Origin: Candidatus Saccharimonadota bacterium
GTDB lineage: Bacteria > Patescibacteriota > Saccharimonadia > CAILAD01 > BJGX01
Assembly (NCBI GenBank): GCA_046350735.1
Contig: JAXLZU010000001.1
Location: forward strand, 76,530-140,529
Direction: 5' to 3'
DNA length: 64,000 nt
Positions 1 through 9,336 of this stretch are shown here, one piece after another. The notes beneath the pieces are model-generated. The model did not search any database and was not told the DNA's origin. It saw nothing but the letters and a program-made list of their open reading frames with translations. The translations under genes were made by a program, and so were the position numbers. The stretch's first letter is position 1; each line of letters starts with the position of its first letter.

Positions 1-728
1 CCTGAGTTGTTACGAAAAGTCATGTAGGCTGGATATGTCTTATTTGATTTGGAACTAGCTGACCCCATATGGTATGCATATGTATCCTTAACACAGTAAT
101 TCTTATAGCCCATAACAATAGAGCGCAACGCTACATCTACATCTTCTAAGTACATAAACATTGTTTCATCAAATAAAGATTCAAATGGTTGTGCATCAAT
201 AAACTCACGTGTATACATAGCTGCGGCAGCATTTACGCCCATTGTAGTGAATGAACTCGGAATGTTAATCAGATCATCTCTGTATGAACCCTGAGTGGCT
301 TGCCCACTTCTCGATAAGAATATATGCGTAGAATCTATTATGTTATGGTTGTAATAATCGAGAGTAATACCTTGCATTGCTGCTACACGCTTCTTGCCGT
401 CGGCGAAAGTAACTAGTTTTTGTGCCCATAATTTCTCAATTGTAGCGTCGGTGTTTAATAGAGCGATATACTCAACATTCTTATCTTTTAGTGCTTCGCG
501 AATACCAATATTATTTCCTTTAGCAAATCCATTATTTTTACCAGTTTCAATGCAAATTACATCTGGATAATTCTCTTTTACTAATTTAACAGAGTTGTCG
601 GCAGATCCATTATCAACATAATATATTTTTATATTGCTATACGTCTGCGCGAGCACAGAATTAATACATTCAGGCAATAATTTCTCGTTGTGCCACCCAA
701 CAATAATAAAAGCTACTACCTTTTTCAT
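1..728 (-). CDS. family-2 glycosyltransferase (GT2), C-terminally truncated by window edge
   Basis: Start ATG at 726-728 overlaps stop of downstream gene (ATGA). Translation MKKVVAFIIVGWHNEKLLPECINSVLAQTYSNIKIYYVDNGSADNS... shows the GT2 DxD-region signature. ORF continues to position 1. Confidence 0.8.
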   Translation of the reverse strand, partial: MKKVVAFIIVGWHNEKLLPECINSVLAQTYSNIKIYYVDNGSADNSVKLVKENYPDVICIETGKNNGFAKGNNIGIREALKDKNVEYIALLNTDATIEKLWAQKLVTFADGKKRVAAMQGITLDYYNHNIIDSTHIFLSRSGQATQGSYRDDLINIPSSFTTMGVNAAAAMYTREFIDAQPFESLFDETMFMYLEDVDVALRSIVMGYKNYCVKDTYAYHMGSASSKSNKTYPAYMTFRNNS

Positions 729-2413
729 AGTTGTTCATTCATTAAATTATACTTGTTTGTAACCGGTAACTGGCCGTGCATAGTAGTTTCAAAATCTTCT
801 TTTCCATATTGAGAAAGATTGTTACTAAAATTAGCTTTTGTTTGAATTGAATCTTTAAAATTCTTGGGCATAGTGAAGATATCACGAAATAAACAGCGTC
901 CAAGTGATGTTTTGTAAAGATTCTTAGTTTCACATATTTTGTTTAGCTCAGAAAAAAGAGCAGTAAAATTATCTGCTGAAATATTTGGTGTAAGTTTCGA
1001 CTCAAATGCTACAATTCCTTCCATAACTGTGTCAACGTTTCTGTCCCAATCTGCATCACCAAAACTAGTTTTTTGATTATACTTTAATCCTTTGAAGATA
1101 GGGTAGTTTCCTTCGGTAGTCTCTACAGAACCTTTATACATAACACTACCAAGGTAGTCGATTATTGTAGGAGTAATCAGTCCAATATGTTTTTGTGTAA
1201 GAAATGCAGCCATGGTATCAAGCCAAGAACTATTATTTGGTAAAGCCATACAATCAATTATTACTATTATCTCATTCTCTTCTTTTGCTTTCATTATGAT
1301 ATTATTAAACTTACCTAATGTAACCTCTTTTTTACTTGAGGTTAGCCCGTTATTCTTAACTCCATACCATTTCAAGTTATGTTTTGATTTTGTTTTATTC
1401 TGGATATGTCGTATAAAATTGTTGGTAAACAACTCATTTTCTAGATTTAGTATTATCCCAACCTTTTTATGGGGGATAGAGATCTTTGCTTCATAGAACC
1501 CGGGTGTTTTATTGCGTATTTTTACTTTTGCCTTAACGCCCTTGTGTAAATAGTAATCTTCTAATGACTTCGTTCCTGCAGTTGCAATGCTTTTCTTATT
1601 CTCAAAAGCAGAAGCAGTTGATCCGATCGCCTCTCTCCAATAGTACAAAACATATGGTACATGTATGATGTCGTTTGTGTATGATGATATTCGCAAAAAC
1701 ATATCATAGTCTTGAGCGCCATCTTTGGTTTTATCAAACCATCCCACCTTGTTGAAGATGTCTCTTTTCATTAATGTAAAATGGGTAATATAGTTTAGGT
1801 TACTAAGCAGGTCAGGCGAGTAGCTTGGTTTATAATGAGGCCCAAAATACTGCTCACCATCCTCGGTTAACTTACATTCGTCACTATAAAACATCTGGCC
1901 TTTTGGAAACTCATTGATTGCACCCACCATTAGCAATAGAGCATCAGGGTGCAATACATCGTCATGATCTAGAAGTGCAATAAAGTCACCTTTACTGAGT
2001 TTTATTGCTGAGTTGGTATTCTCACTAATACCTTTATTTTCAATCTTCTTTCTTTTAATCCGTTTGTCGTAGTCTTCAATTTGTTCAAAGTACTCGATTG
2101 CCTTTTTGCTATCACTCCCATCGGCCACAATAAGTTCGAAGTTCTCATAACTCTGATTGAGTACAGAGTTGAGAAGTGCATCAAAGTATTTACGCTGCGT
2201 ATTGTAGACAGGTACAACAATTGAAATTAGTGGTTTATTCTTTAGATTGATGTCCTTAGGTAGAACTCGTTGAATCTCACAACTCTTTTCTACTAAATAA
2301 TTATGCAGCGGATTATACCTCGGTGAATAAATACCAAGGGCTGAAAGGATTTTAATTAATCCTTTTCTTCGTTTACTGTTGGGAGGAAATAGTTTTTTTA
2401 AGATTGCTCTCAT
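725..2413 (-). CDS. GT2 glycosyltransferase with extra C-terminal domain
   Basis: 562-aa ORF. N-terminus ISIVVPVYN...LVADGSD...LLDHDDVLHPDAL is a classic GT2 core. About 250 aa of C-terminal extension. Confidence 0.85.
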   Translation of the reverse strand: MRAILKKLFPPNSKRRKGLIKILSALGIYSPRYNPLHNYLVEKSCEIQRVLPKDINLKNKPLISIVVPVYNTQRKYFDALLNSVLNQSYENFELIVADGSDSKKAIEYFEQIEDYDKRIKRKKIENKGISENTNSAIKLSKGDFIALLDHDDVLHPDALLLMVGAINEFPKGQMFYSDECKLTEDGEQYFGPHYKPSYSPDLLSNLNYITHFTLMKRDIFNKVGWFDKTKDGAQDYDMFLRISSYTNDIIHVPYVLYYWREAIGSTASAFENKKSIATAGTKSLEDYYLHKGVKAKVKIRNKTPGFYEAKISIPHKKVGIILNLENELFTNNFIRHIQNKTKSKHNLKWYGVKNNGLTSSKKEVTLGKFNNIIMKAKEENEIIVIIDCMALPNNSSWLDTMAAFLTQKHIGLITPTIIDYLGSVMYKGSVETTEGNYPIFKGLKYNQKTSFGDADWDRNVDTVMEGIVAFESKLTPNISADNFTALFSELNKICETKNLYKTSLGRCLFRDIFTMPKNFKDSIQTKANFSNNLSQYGKEDFETTMHGQLPVTNKYNLMNEQL

Positions 2414-2466
2414 AGTTTTATTAGGGTAATATATTGTATACTCAGTATAGTATATAGTATAAAACC

Positions 2467-3282
2467 ATGATTCAGAAAAAAATAGAAAATAAGATAAGAA
2501 CCAATTATAGATATTTTGATTTAATTCGAGAGTTGGCAGTTACAGATTTTAAATTAAAATACCAAGGTTCATTGATAGGTTACGCCTGGTCACTTGTAAA
2601 GCCATTAGCGATGTTTGGTGTACTATATCTTGTATTTACTGTATTTGTTCGCATCGGTTCTGGTATACAGCACTATGCATTATATCTACTACTTGGTATT
2701 GTGCTCTGGACTTACTTTGCAGATGCAACCAACACGACTATGAAAGCTGTAGCTGACAAAGGTGATATGATGCGAAAAGTATACTTTCCGCGTATCACCA
2801 TTATTATCGCGGCAAGCATTAGTTCGGCTATTACTTTATTATTGAATCTAATTGTTGTATTTATCTTTATTATTCTCGCAAGAATTGTTCCTGGATGGAA
2901 TGCCTTACTATTCATCCCGCTCTTAATTGAGCTCTTTATTCTTTGTCTTGGAATTGCTTTCATTACGAGTGCAATGTTTGTGAAATATCGTGATGTCGGT
3001 CATATTTGGGAAGTATTATTGCAGTTATTATTCTATGCAAGCGCGATTATCTATCCGCTACAAATAGTGCCTATTAGATACCAGAAGTTTATTCTACTCA
3101 ATCCTATCACTCAGATAGTACAAGATGCTAGATATTTACTAGTGACAAAAGAGACAATTACAGCAGAATCAGTTCTTAAAATGCCCCTCCAGTTTGTCCC
3201 ATATATTATTACAATACTAATTGTAGTGATTGGATTCATATATTTTGAAAGATCTTCAAAAAACTTTGCAGAGGAAGCGTAG
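2467..3282 (+). CDS. ABC-2 type polysaccharide/teichoic-acid export permease (Wzm/TagG-like)
   Basis: 271 aa with 6 predicted TM helices. ABC-2 permease signature. Immediately followed by its ATPase. Confidence 0.88.
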   Translation: MIQKKIENKIRTNYRYFDLIRELAVTDFKLKYQGSLIGYAWSLVKPLAMFGVLYLVFTVFVRIGSGIQHYALYLLLGIVLWTYFADATNTTMKAVADKGDMMRKVYFPRITIIIAASISSAITLLLNLIVVFIFIILARIVPGWNALLFIPLLIELFILCLGIAFITSAMFVKYRDVGHIWEVLLQLLFYASAIIYPLQIVPIRYQKFILLNPITQIVQDARYLLVTKETITAESVLKMPLQFVPYIITILIVVIGFIYFERSSKNFAEEA

Positions 3283-3283
3283 T

Positions 3284-4435
3284 ATGAAACGAGACACGGC
3301 AATTACAATTAGTCATATTAGCAAAACCTTTAAAGTACCACATGAAAAGCACACCAGTCTAAAAACTGCGGCCGTTAACATTTTTAAAACAAGAAAATAT
3401 ACTAAGTTTAAGGTTCTAGAAGATATTGATTTTGAAATAAAAAAAGGTGAATTCTTTGGTATCGTAGGAAAGAATGGCAGTGGAAAAAGTACATTATTAA
3501 AAATACTTGCTAATATCTACCAACCGAATAAGGGGAGAATAAGAGTAAATGGTACATTAGCACCATTTATAGAGTTAGGCGTTGGCTTTAACCCTGAGCT
3601 TACCGGACGAGAGAATGTATACTTAAGCGGTACAATACTTGGGATGAAAAGAAAGAAGATTGAAGAAATTTATAATGAGATAGTAGATTTCGCAGAAATT
3701 GGTGAATTTATGGACCAAAAATTAAAAAACTACTCATCAGGCATGCAAGTAAGATTAGCATTTTCTATAGCAGTACGTGCAGAATCTGATATTCTATTAA
3801 TTGATGAAGTACTAGCTGTAGGGGATGCAGCTTTTCAAGAGAAATGTCTTAATTATTTCGAAGAACTTAAGAGATTTAACAAGACAGTAGTATTTGTCTC
3901 TCATGATATGGAAGCAGTAACGCGGTTCTGCGACAAAGTAGTATTGATAGATAATGGACAAGTTATAAGCAGCGGTAGCGCCGATTTAGTTGCAAGTAAA
4001 TACTATCAAATCAATATGAACGATTCAGAAAATAAGCACAATGCTGAAACCACATCTCACCTAAAAAAGATTGTCTTGAAAGACAATAATGGAAGAGAAG
4101 CACATATTTTTGAAAGTCCAAAAAAGATTCAAGTAACTGTTGAGTGGAAGAAGAATCCAGAAATACAGAACATTGGCATAGCTATATTTAGAAATGATGG
4201 TACTTACTGTTTTGGGACAAATACTCAAATTGACAATTTTAAGGTGAATGACTCTAAGGTTCAGTTAGAATACGAAAATCTTAATTTGGCACAAGGTACA
4301 TATTTGCTAAAAATAAGCTTTTTTAACAAAAATGACAAGTTACCAATCGAGTTTATTGATAACGCTGTTCAATTTAAGATAAAAGACGAAACGAAGCAAC
4401 AAGGTATAATAAGAGTTAAATCTAGTTGGTATTAA
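3284..4435 (+). CDS. polysaccharide export ABC ATPase (Wzt/TagH-like) with C-terminal glycan-binding-type extension
   Basis: Walker A GKNGSGKST, ABC signature LSSGMQVRL, Walker B LLIDE. About 140-aa C-terminal extension resembling a Wzt_C terminal-residue binding domain. Start moved to the ATG at 3284 just after the permease stop, instead of the ORF-track start at 3230. Confidence 0.88.
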   Translation: MKRDTAITISHISKTFKVPHEKHTSLKTAAVNIFKTRKYTKFKVLEDIDFEIKKGEFFGIVGKNGSGKSTLLKILANIYQPNKGRIRVNGTLAPFIELGVGFNPELTGRENVYLSGTILGMKRKKIEEIYNEIVDFAEIGEFMDQKLKNYSSGMQVRLAFSIAVRAESDILLIDEVLAVGDAAFQEKCLNYFEELKRFNKTVVFVSHDMEAVTRFCDKVVLIDNGQVISSGSADLVASKYYQINMNDSENKHNAETTSHLKKIVLKDNNGREAHIFESPKKIQVTVEWKKNPEIQNIGIAIFRNDGTYCFGTNTQIDNFKVNDSKVQLEYENLNLAQGTYLLKISFFNKNDKLPIEFIDNAVQFKIKDETKQQGIIRVKSSWY

Positions 4436-4558
4436 TTGAATATACCAATATGACCAATACGTTTATAGTATGTTCCTCCTGTAACTATAGAGGATAATCC
4501 GATATTAATGGGTGTATAATACAAGAATTAATCAAAGTTGAGTGAAGGAGTATTGTTT

Positions 4559-5470
4559 ATGTCAAATTACTCGAATGTAGTGCTATCTGATGACCCTAAT
4601 ACCCCATGGTATCGAATATTTGCGTATATTGAGCCACAAAGCAGAGTTCTTGATGTTGGTTGTAGCGCCGGTAATTTTGGCAAGGCACTAATCGATCAGA
4701 AAAAGTGTATGGTTGATGGTATTGAAGTTAACAAACAAGATTCTATAAAAGCTAAAAAGAAACTGATGAATGTATATAATATTAATATTGAGAACACAGA
4801 TTTTAAAAACTTACCAGGTGACTATCGATATATATATTTTGGCGATGTTATTGAGCATTTAGTTGATCCAGTTTCAGTGTTGAAAAAAATTACAAAATTA
4901 TTATCCAAAGATGGTGAAATATTATTTTCTATACCAAATATGGCACATCTTTCTGTTCGATTAATGCTTTTAAGTGGCGAATTCAATTATGCTAAAACAG
5001 GATTACTCGATAATACTCACCTTCACTTTTATACGTTTAAGGAGATTGAAAGAGTATTTAATGAAGCAGGGTATGAGATTGTTTATCAAAAACCAATTAT
5101 TAAAGAGTATCCCCGTAAACTACTAGCTAAAGAATTAAAGAAAGTCGGTCTTAAAGGTGAAGAAACTTTCTTTAAAAGAGCATTGAATTCTGATGCTGTG
5201 GTTTGGCAGTATGTAGGAGCTGCAAGAAGATCAAACACACCCAAAGAAGCAGCTGTTCTACCGGCCATTAGCCCTGGATTAGAATTTGAAGAATTATATG
5301 CAACAACAGCTCAAGAATGCAGAGATATTATTTTAGAAAATAAGCAATTACAAGAACAATACCAAACTGCACTCAAAGTGATTAGACAAAAAAATAAAGA
5401 ACTACACACGTCTAAAAATCTCCCTTATTTTGTTATGAAAAAAATAAAAAACAGACTAAAGAGCACTTAG
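4559..5470 (+). CDS. class I SAM-dependent methyltransferase with C-terminal coiled-coil tail
   Basis: Motif I VLDVGCSAGNFG. AAGGAG RBS 8 nt upstream of the ATG at 4559. C-terminal heptad-like KQLQEQYQTALKVIRQKNKEL. Confidence 0.8.
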   Translation: MSNYSNVVLSDDPNTPWYRIFAYIEPQSRVLDVGCSAGNFGKALIDQKKCMVDGIEVNKQDSIKAKKKLMNVYNINIENTDFKNLPGDYRYIYFGDVIEHLVDPVSVLKKITKLLSKDGEILFSIPNMAHLSVRLMLLSGEFNYAKTGLLDNTHLHFYTFKEIERVFNEAGYEIVYQKPIIKEYPRKLLAKELKKVGLKGEETFFKRALNSDAVVWQYVGAARRSNTPKEAAVLPAISPGLEFEELYATTAQECRDIILENKQLQEQYQTALKVIRQKNKELHTSKNLPYFVMKKIKNRLKST

Positions 5471-5471
5471 T

Positions 5472-7433
5472 ATGGTTTCTGATAAAAATTCTGTCTCACA
5501 TCAAAATATCTTAGAAGTTAATAACGAGTTCTTTAATGAGGATGAAAGCAAAGAAATATATGTACGAAATAAAAATGATCCTCGATTAATTTCATTCTAC
5601 TTGCCACAATTTTACCCTATCCCCGAGAATGACAAGAGTTGGGGTAAAGGGTTTACGGAATGGACAAATGTTAGAAAAGCTGAGCCACGCTTCGTAGGCC
5701 ATCAACAACCATTTTTACCTCTGAACGATGACTATTACGATCTGAGAGATCCGAATGTTTTAGAACAACAAATACGATTAGCCAAACAATATGGTATCTT
5801 TGGTTTTTGCTTTTACCACTATTGGTTCAGTGGAAAAAGACTACTAGATGTGCCTCTAGATATCTTTTTACAAAATAAGCAATGGGACTTTGGTTTTATG
5901 ATTTGTTGGGCAAATGAGAATTGGACAAAACGCTGGGATGGCAGAGAAGAAGAAATAATTATCGCCCAAAAATATAGAGATAATGACCCCTTAGAATTCA
6001 TCAAGTCTGTTGAACATATAATAATTGATCCGCGCTATATAAGAAACAATAACAAGCCTGTGCTAATGGTTTATAGAGCACCTGACCTGAGGGATCCACT
6101 TGCTTACTCAAATATCTGGAGAAAATATTTGCGCGATAAATACTCAATTGAGATTGAACTTGTAACCACAATAGGTTTTGATTTGGTCGATCCACGATCG
6201 TATGGCTTTGATAAGGCCTTGGATTTTGAACCACTAACGTATGGTTTAAAAAAGTCTGGTAATGACGGTTCCCAGGTAATATCACGAAAGGTTTCAAGAA
6301 AACTAATTGATAAAGAATTTACTGGTAATGTTGAGGATTATAGGAATATAGCATTGGACGATAAACAGTATGAAGTATTTAATTTCCCAAACTACAAGGC
6401 TATTATGCCGTCGTGGGATAATGATGCCAGAAGAAAAGGAAAGGGATTTACTATGCACAATTCAACTCCTGATGTTTACGCACATTGGCTAAAAAATACA
6501 ATAAAAATAGAAACTAGTAATAATAAACAAGAACCTCTGATATTTATTAACGCCTGGAATGAATGGGGTGAAGGGGCGGTCCTAGAGCCCACAAAACATT
6601 TTGGATATGCTAACTTGTTAAGAACAGCTGAAATACTGTCGCAGTATAATAAGTCAAAGAGGAATCTAGATAATTTCCCTCTCTATAGAATTCGAAGAGG
6701 GGGAGATAGTAAGTTGGCTGTGGTAATTCACCTGGAAGGTGGACTCAACTGGGATGTTTTAAACGAGAAGCTTGGTTATTTAAAGAATATAAAACATGAT
6801 CTATTTTTTTATATATCTAAAGACTTAGATATTAGTGAATCTTATATTCAACAACTCTACCCAAATTCAAACATTTATTACTTTAGCCCTAATGAATATA
6901 TTATGATGCGCCTTATGCATGTAGGTAGACGATTACTAGAATGTGGATATGATAATCTCCTCAATATTGCATCGTCACAAAGCATCAATTTGGATAAGGG
7001 CATTGAGGATATCTTACCGAGTAAACAGCAAGCATTCAAAGCTTATAAGACACTACAGAATCATTCAAACAGCGCTATAGGGGTTACGGAGCATTCATCG
7101 CCACTTACTAATACTGTCGTTAAAGACAATCCAAAGATTAAAGAGGTTTTGTCGAATATATACAACCCAACTCTTGCGGACATTATTTTAGAAGAGACAT
7201 TTGGTTTCGGAAAGTACAAAAATTATTCTTTTTGGGTTAATCTGCCTACAATCAGCCAACTATTAAATTTTTATTTTCTACCTTATGATTTTCTTAACCC
7301 CACCGAAGGAACTCCTGATGCACTTAATGATGCGTTATGGAATGTTTTTTGGATGCTACCAAAGCTTAGAGGAGGATCTATATACAGCATCGGTAAGGGC
7401 GACATTATGACAGAAAAGTTTGAAGTAATGTAA
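5472..7433 (+). CDS. WbsX-like glycan-processing protein (Glyco_tran_WbsX family)
   Basis: N-terminal FYLPQFYPIPENDKSWGKGFTEWTNV is the hallmark of the WbsX family. 653 aa. Confidence 0.72.
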   Translation: MVSDKNSVSHQNILEVNNEFFNEDESKEIYVRNKNDPRLISFYLPQFYPIPENDKSWGKGFTEWTNVRKAEPRFVGHQQPFLPLNDDYYDLRDPNVLEQQIRLAKQYGIFGFCFYHYWFSGKRLLDVPLDIFLQNKQWDFGFMICWANENWTKRWDGREEEIIIAQKYRDNDPLEFIKSVEHIIIDPRYIRNNNKPVLMVYRAPDLRDPLAYSNIWRKYLRDKYSIEIELVTTIGFDLVDPRSYGFDKALDFEPLTYGLKKSGNDGSQVISRKVSRKLIDKEFTGNVEDYRNIALDDKQYEVFNFPNYKAIMPSWDNDARRKGKGFTMHNSTPDVYAHWLKNTIKIETSNNKQEPLIFINAWNEWGEGAVLEPTKHFGYANLLRTAEILSQYNKSKRNLDNFPLYRIRRGGDSKLAVVIHLEGGLNWDVLNEKLGYLKNIKHDLFFYISKDLDISESYIQQLYPNSNIYYFSPNEYIMMRLMHVGRRLLECGYDNLLNIASSQSINLDKGIEDILPSKQQAFKAYKTLQNHSNSAIGVTEHSSPLTNTVVKDNPKIKEVLSNIYNPTLADIILEETFGFGKYKNYSFWVNLPTISQLLNFYFLPYDFLNPTEGTPDALNDALWNVFWMLPKLRGGSIYSIGKGDIMTEKFEVM

Positions 7434-7528
7434 TTAACAAAAACAATCCAATTTACTGTGTACATAATGAAGCAGTTATATAAAAGCCAACGTAATAATA
7501 ACCTCTTATAAATGATATAATAACAGGT

Positions 7529-8500
7529 ATGAAACAACCAACTGTAAGCGTGGTAGTACCAAATTGGAATGGCAAAGACATATTAGGTAAATGCCTAGAC
7601 TCGCTACAAACACAAAGCTACAGGCCAGCTGAGATTATTGTTGTAGAGAATGGTAGTATTGATGGCTCGGCCGAGTATATTGCCAAACACTATCCAGAAG
7701 TTGCGCTGATTGTAGAACCGGAAAATCTCGGGTTTGCAGGCGGAGTAAATGTTGGTATAAAAGCAGCCAAATCTGATTATATTTGGCTGTTTAATAACGA
7801 CGCGGTGGCGCAAAAAGATTGTTTGGCCAAACTAGTGGCTACAGCAGTAAAGAGCAACGCAGATATTACCTCTGCAGTTATTCTTAGCCAAGACGGTAAA
7901 AAGATAGATTCCGATGGAGATGTCTATACTATCTATGGGTTTCCTTACCCCAGACACCGTAACTTGGCAGCTAGCGAACTACCAAAGCAAGATGAACCTA
8001 TCTTTGCTGCTAGCGGCGGTGCTAGCCTGTATAAAGCATCGCTATTTACAGACATTGGCTACTTCGAAGAATCGTTCTTTGCGTATTACGAAGATGTAGA
8101 CTTAAGTATGCGTGCACAGTTGCAGAAAAAATCTCTTTGGCTTAGCCATAATGCCATTGTGTTACATGCCACCAGCCATACCAGTAATAAAATTCCCGGG
8201 TTCGGCAGAGAGATGGCAATTAGAAATAGTATATATATCTTTTGGCGTGATCTACCAAAAGGTGTACAGGGCAAAGTTTTTTGGCGATTCTTATGTGCCA
8301 ATTGGCGGCTTAGTTTGGTTTCGATACTCAAGGGACATCCATACAGAGTTTTACGGGCGCACTTTACTGCGTTGTTCCATACTCCACAATTACTAAAGGC
8401 AAGAAAAGAAATTCAGTCTAGCAAAAAAATGAGTGCCGAACAATTTCTCGGCCTTATTAGTAGAGAGAACCCGTTTAAAGTATTAAAGAGTCGCCAGTAA
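7529..8500 (+). CDS. GT2 glycosyltransferase
   Basis: VSVVVPNWNG...IVVENGSIDGS...LFNNDAV motifs. 323 aa. Confidence 0.85.
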   Translation: MKQPTVSVVVPNWNGKDILGKCLDSLQTQSYRPAEIIVVENGSIDGSAEYIAKHYPEVALIVEPENLGFAGGVNVGIKAAKSDYIWLFNNDAVAQKDCLAKLVATAVKSNADITSAVILSQDGKKIDSDGDVYTIYGFPYPRHRNLAASELPKQDEPIFAASGGASLYKASLFTDIGYFEESFFAYYEDVDLSMRAQLQKKSLWLSHNAIVLHATSHTSNKIPGFGREMAIRNSIYIFWRDLPKGVQGKVFWRFLCANWRLSLVSILKGHPYRVLRAHFTALFHTPQLLKARKEIQSSKKMSAEQFLGLISRENPFKVLKSRQ

Positions 8501-9336
8501 TGTTAAGCATTATTACGATTAACTACAATACCCAAAAGTTGCTCGAGGATTGCTTAAACTCTATTAAGCGATATATAAATATTGAGAGTTATGAAGTAAT
8601 AGTGGTAGATAACGCCTCAGAAGAATTTAGTGAGGCAGCATTAAAAAAGATTATTCCAGGTATTACTATAATTCACTCTAAAGAAAATCTTGGTTTTGCA
8701 AAAGCCAATAACTTGGCTGCCAAGCAAGCAAAAGGCGAGTATTTGTGGTTTTTAAATAGTGACACCAAGCTAAATAAAGACAGCAATATTAGCGTGCTAA
8801 TACAGTTTTTAGATTCGCACAAAGAATATGGCGCTGCCGCACCACTCGTACTCGATGCAAAAAATGTACCACAACAATATCAATATGGGTATTGGCCAGC
8901 GGTCTGGCGTATGATACTCGAAAAGCCAGTGAACGCTAGAGTATCTAAGAATCCACTCCATGCCAAGTACTGGCGTTGGCTCAATGCAGACTATTTACCA
9001 TTGCAAAGTCGGGATGTCGACTGGGTAAGTGGTGCTGCTATGATGATACGCAAAAATGTGTTCAACGAGGTGGGTGGCTTTGAGGCTGAATACTTTTTGT
9101 ATTACGAAGATGTCGACTTGTGTCGCAAGTTGTGGGCCAACAAACAAAAGATTCGCTTCGTAAAAGATGCACAGATTATACATTTAGAAGGTGGCAGCGA
9201 GGGCGATATGTCTAAGAAAAAACTTATTGCTTATCATAGCCAAGACATTTACTTTAAGCGCTGGGGGAGTCCGGTTTCGCGATTTGCATTACACAAGGTT
9301 CGTCGACCGTACGCTAAGAGATGGCAGAAGAAATAA
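8500..9336 (+). CDS. GT2 glycosyltransferase
   Basis: LSIITINYNT...VIVVDNAS...FLNSDT motifs. Start overlaps upstream stop (TAATG). Confidence 0.85.
   Translation: MLSIITINYNTQKLLEDCLNSIKRYINIESYEVIVVDNASEEFSEAALKKIIPGITIIHSKENLGFAKANNLAAKQAKGEYLWFLNSDTKLNKDSNISVLIQFLDSHKEYGAAAPLVLDAKNVPQQYQYGYWPAVWRMILEKPVNARVSKNPLHAKYWRWLNADYLPLQSRDVDWVSGAAMMIRKNVFNEVGGFEAEYFLYYEDVDLCRKLWANKQKIRFVKDAQIIHLEGGSEGDMSKKKLIAYHSQDIYFKRWGSPVSRFALHKVRRPYAKRWQKK

Noticed and set aside
3230-3283. ORF-track 5' extensions (3230, 14152, 32758, 4538, 35961 TTG, 12755-14143 N-terminus)
   Set aside because: Extensions overlap upstream genes or lack an RBS. Downstream ATGs with AGGAG-type RBS or stop/start overlap give canonical N-termini (MKRDTAITIS, MKIVIDGRFI, MRILIVEDE, MSNYSN, MNNNQYSQK, METSPTTHK).
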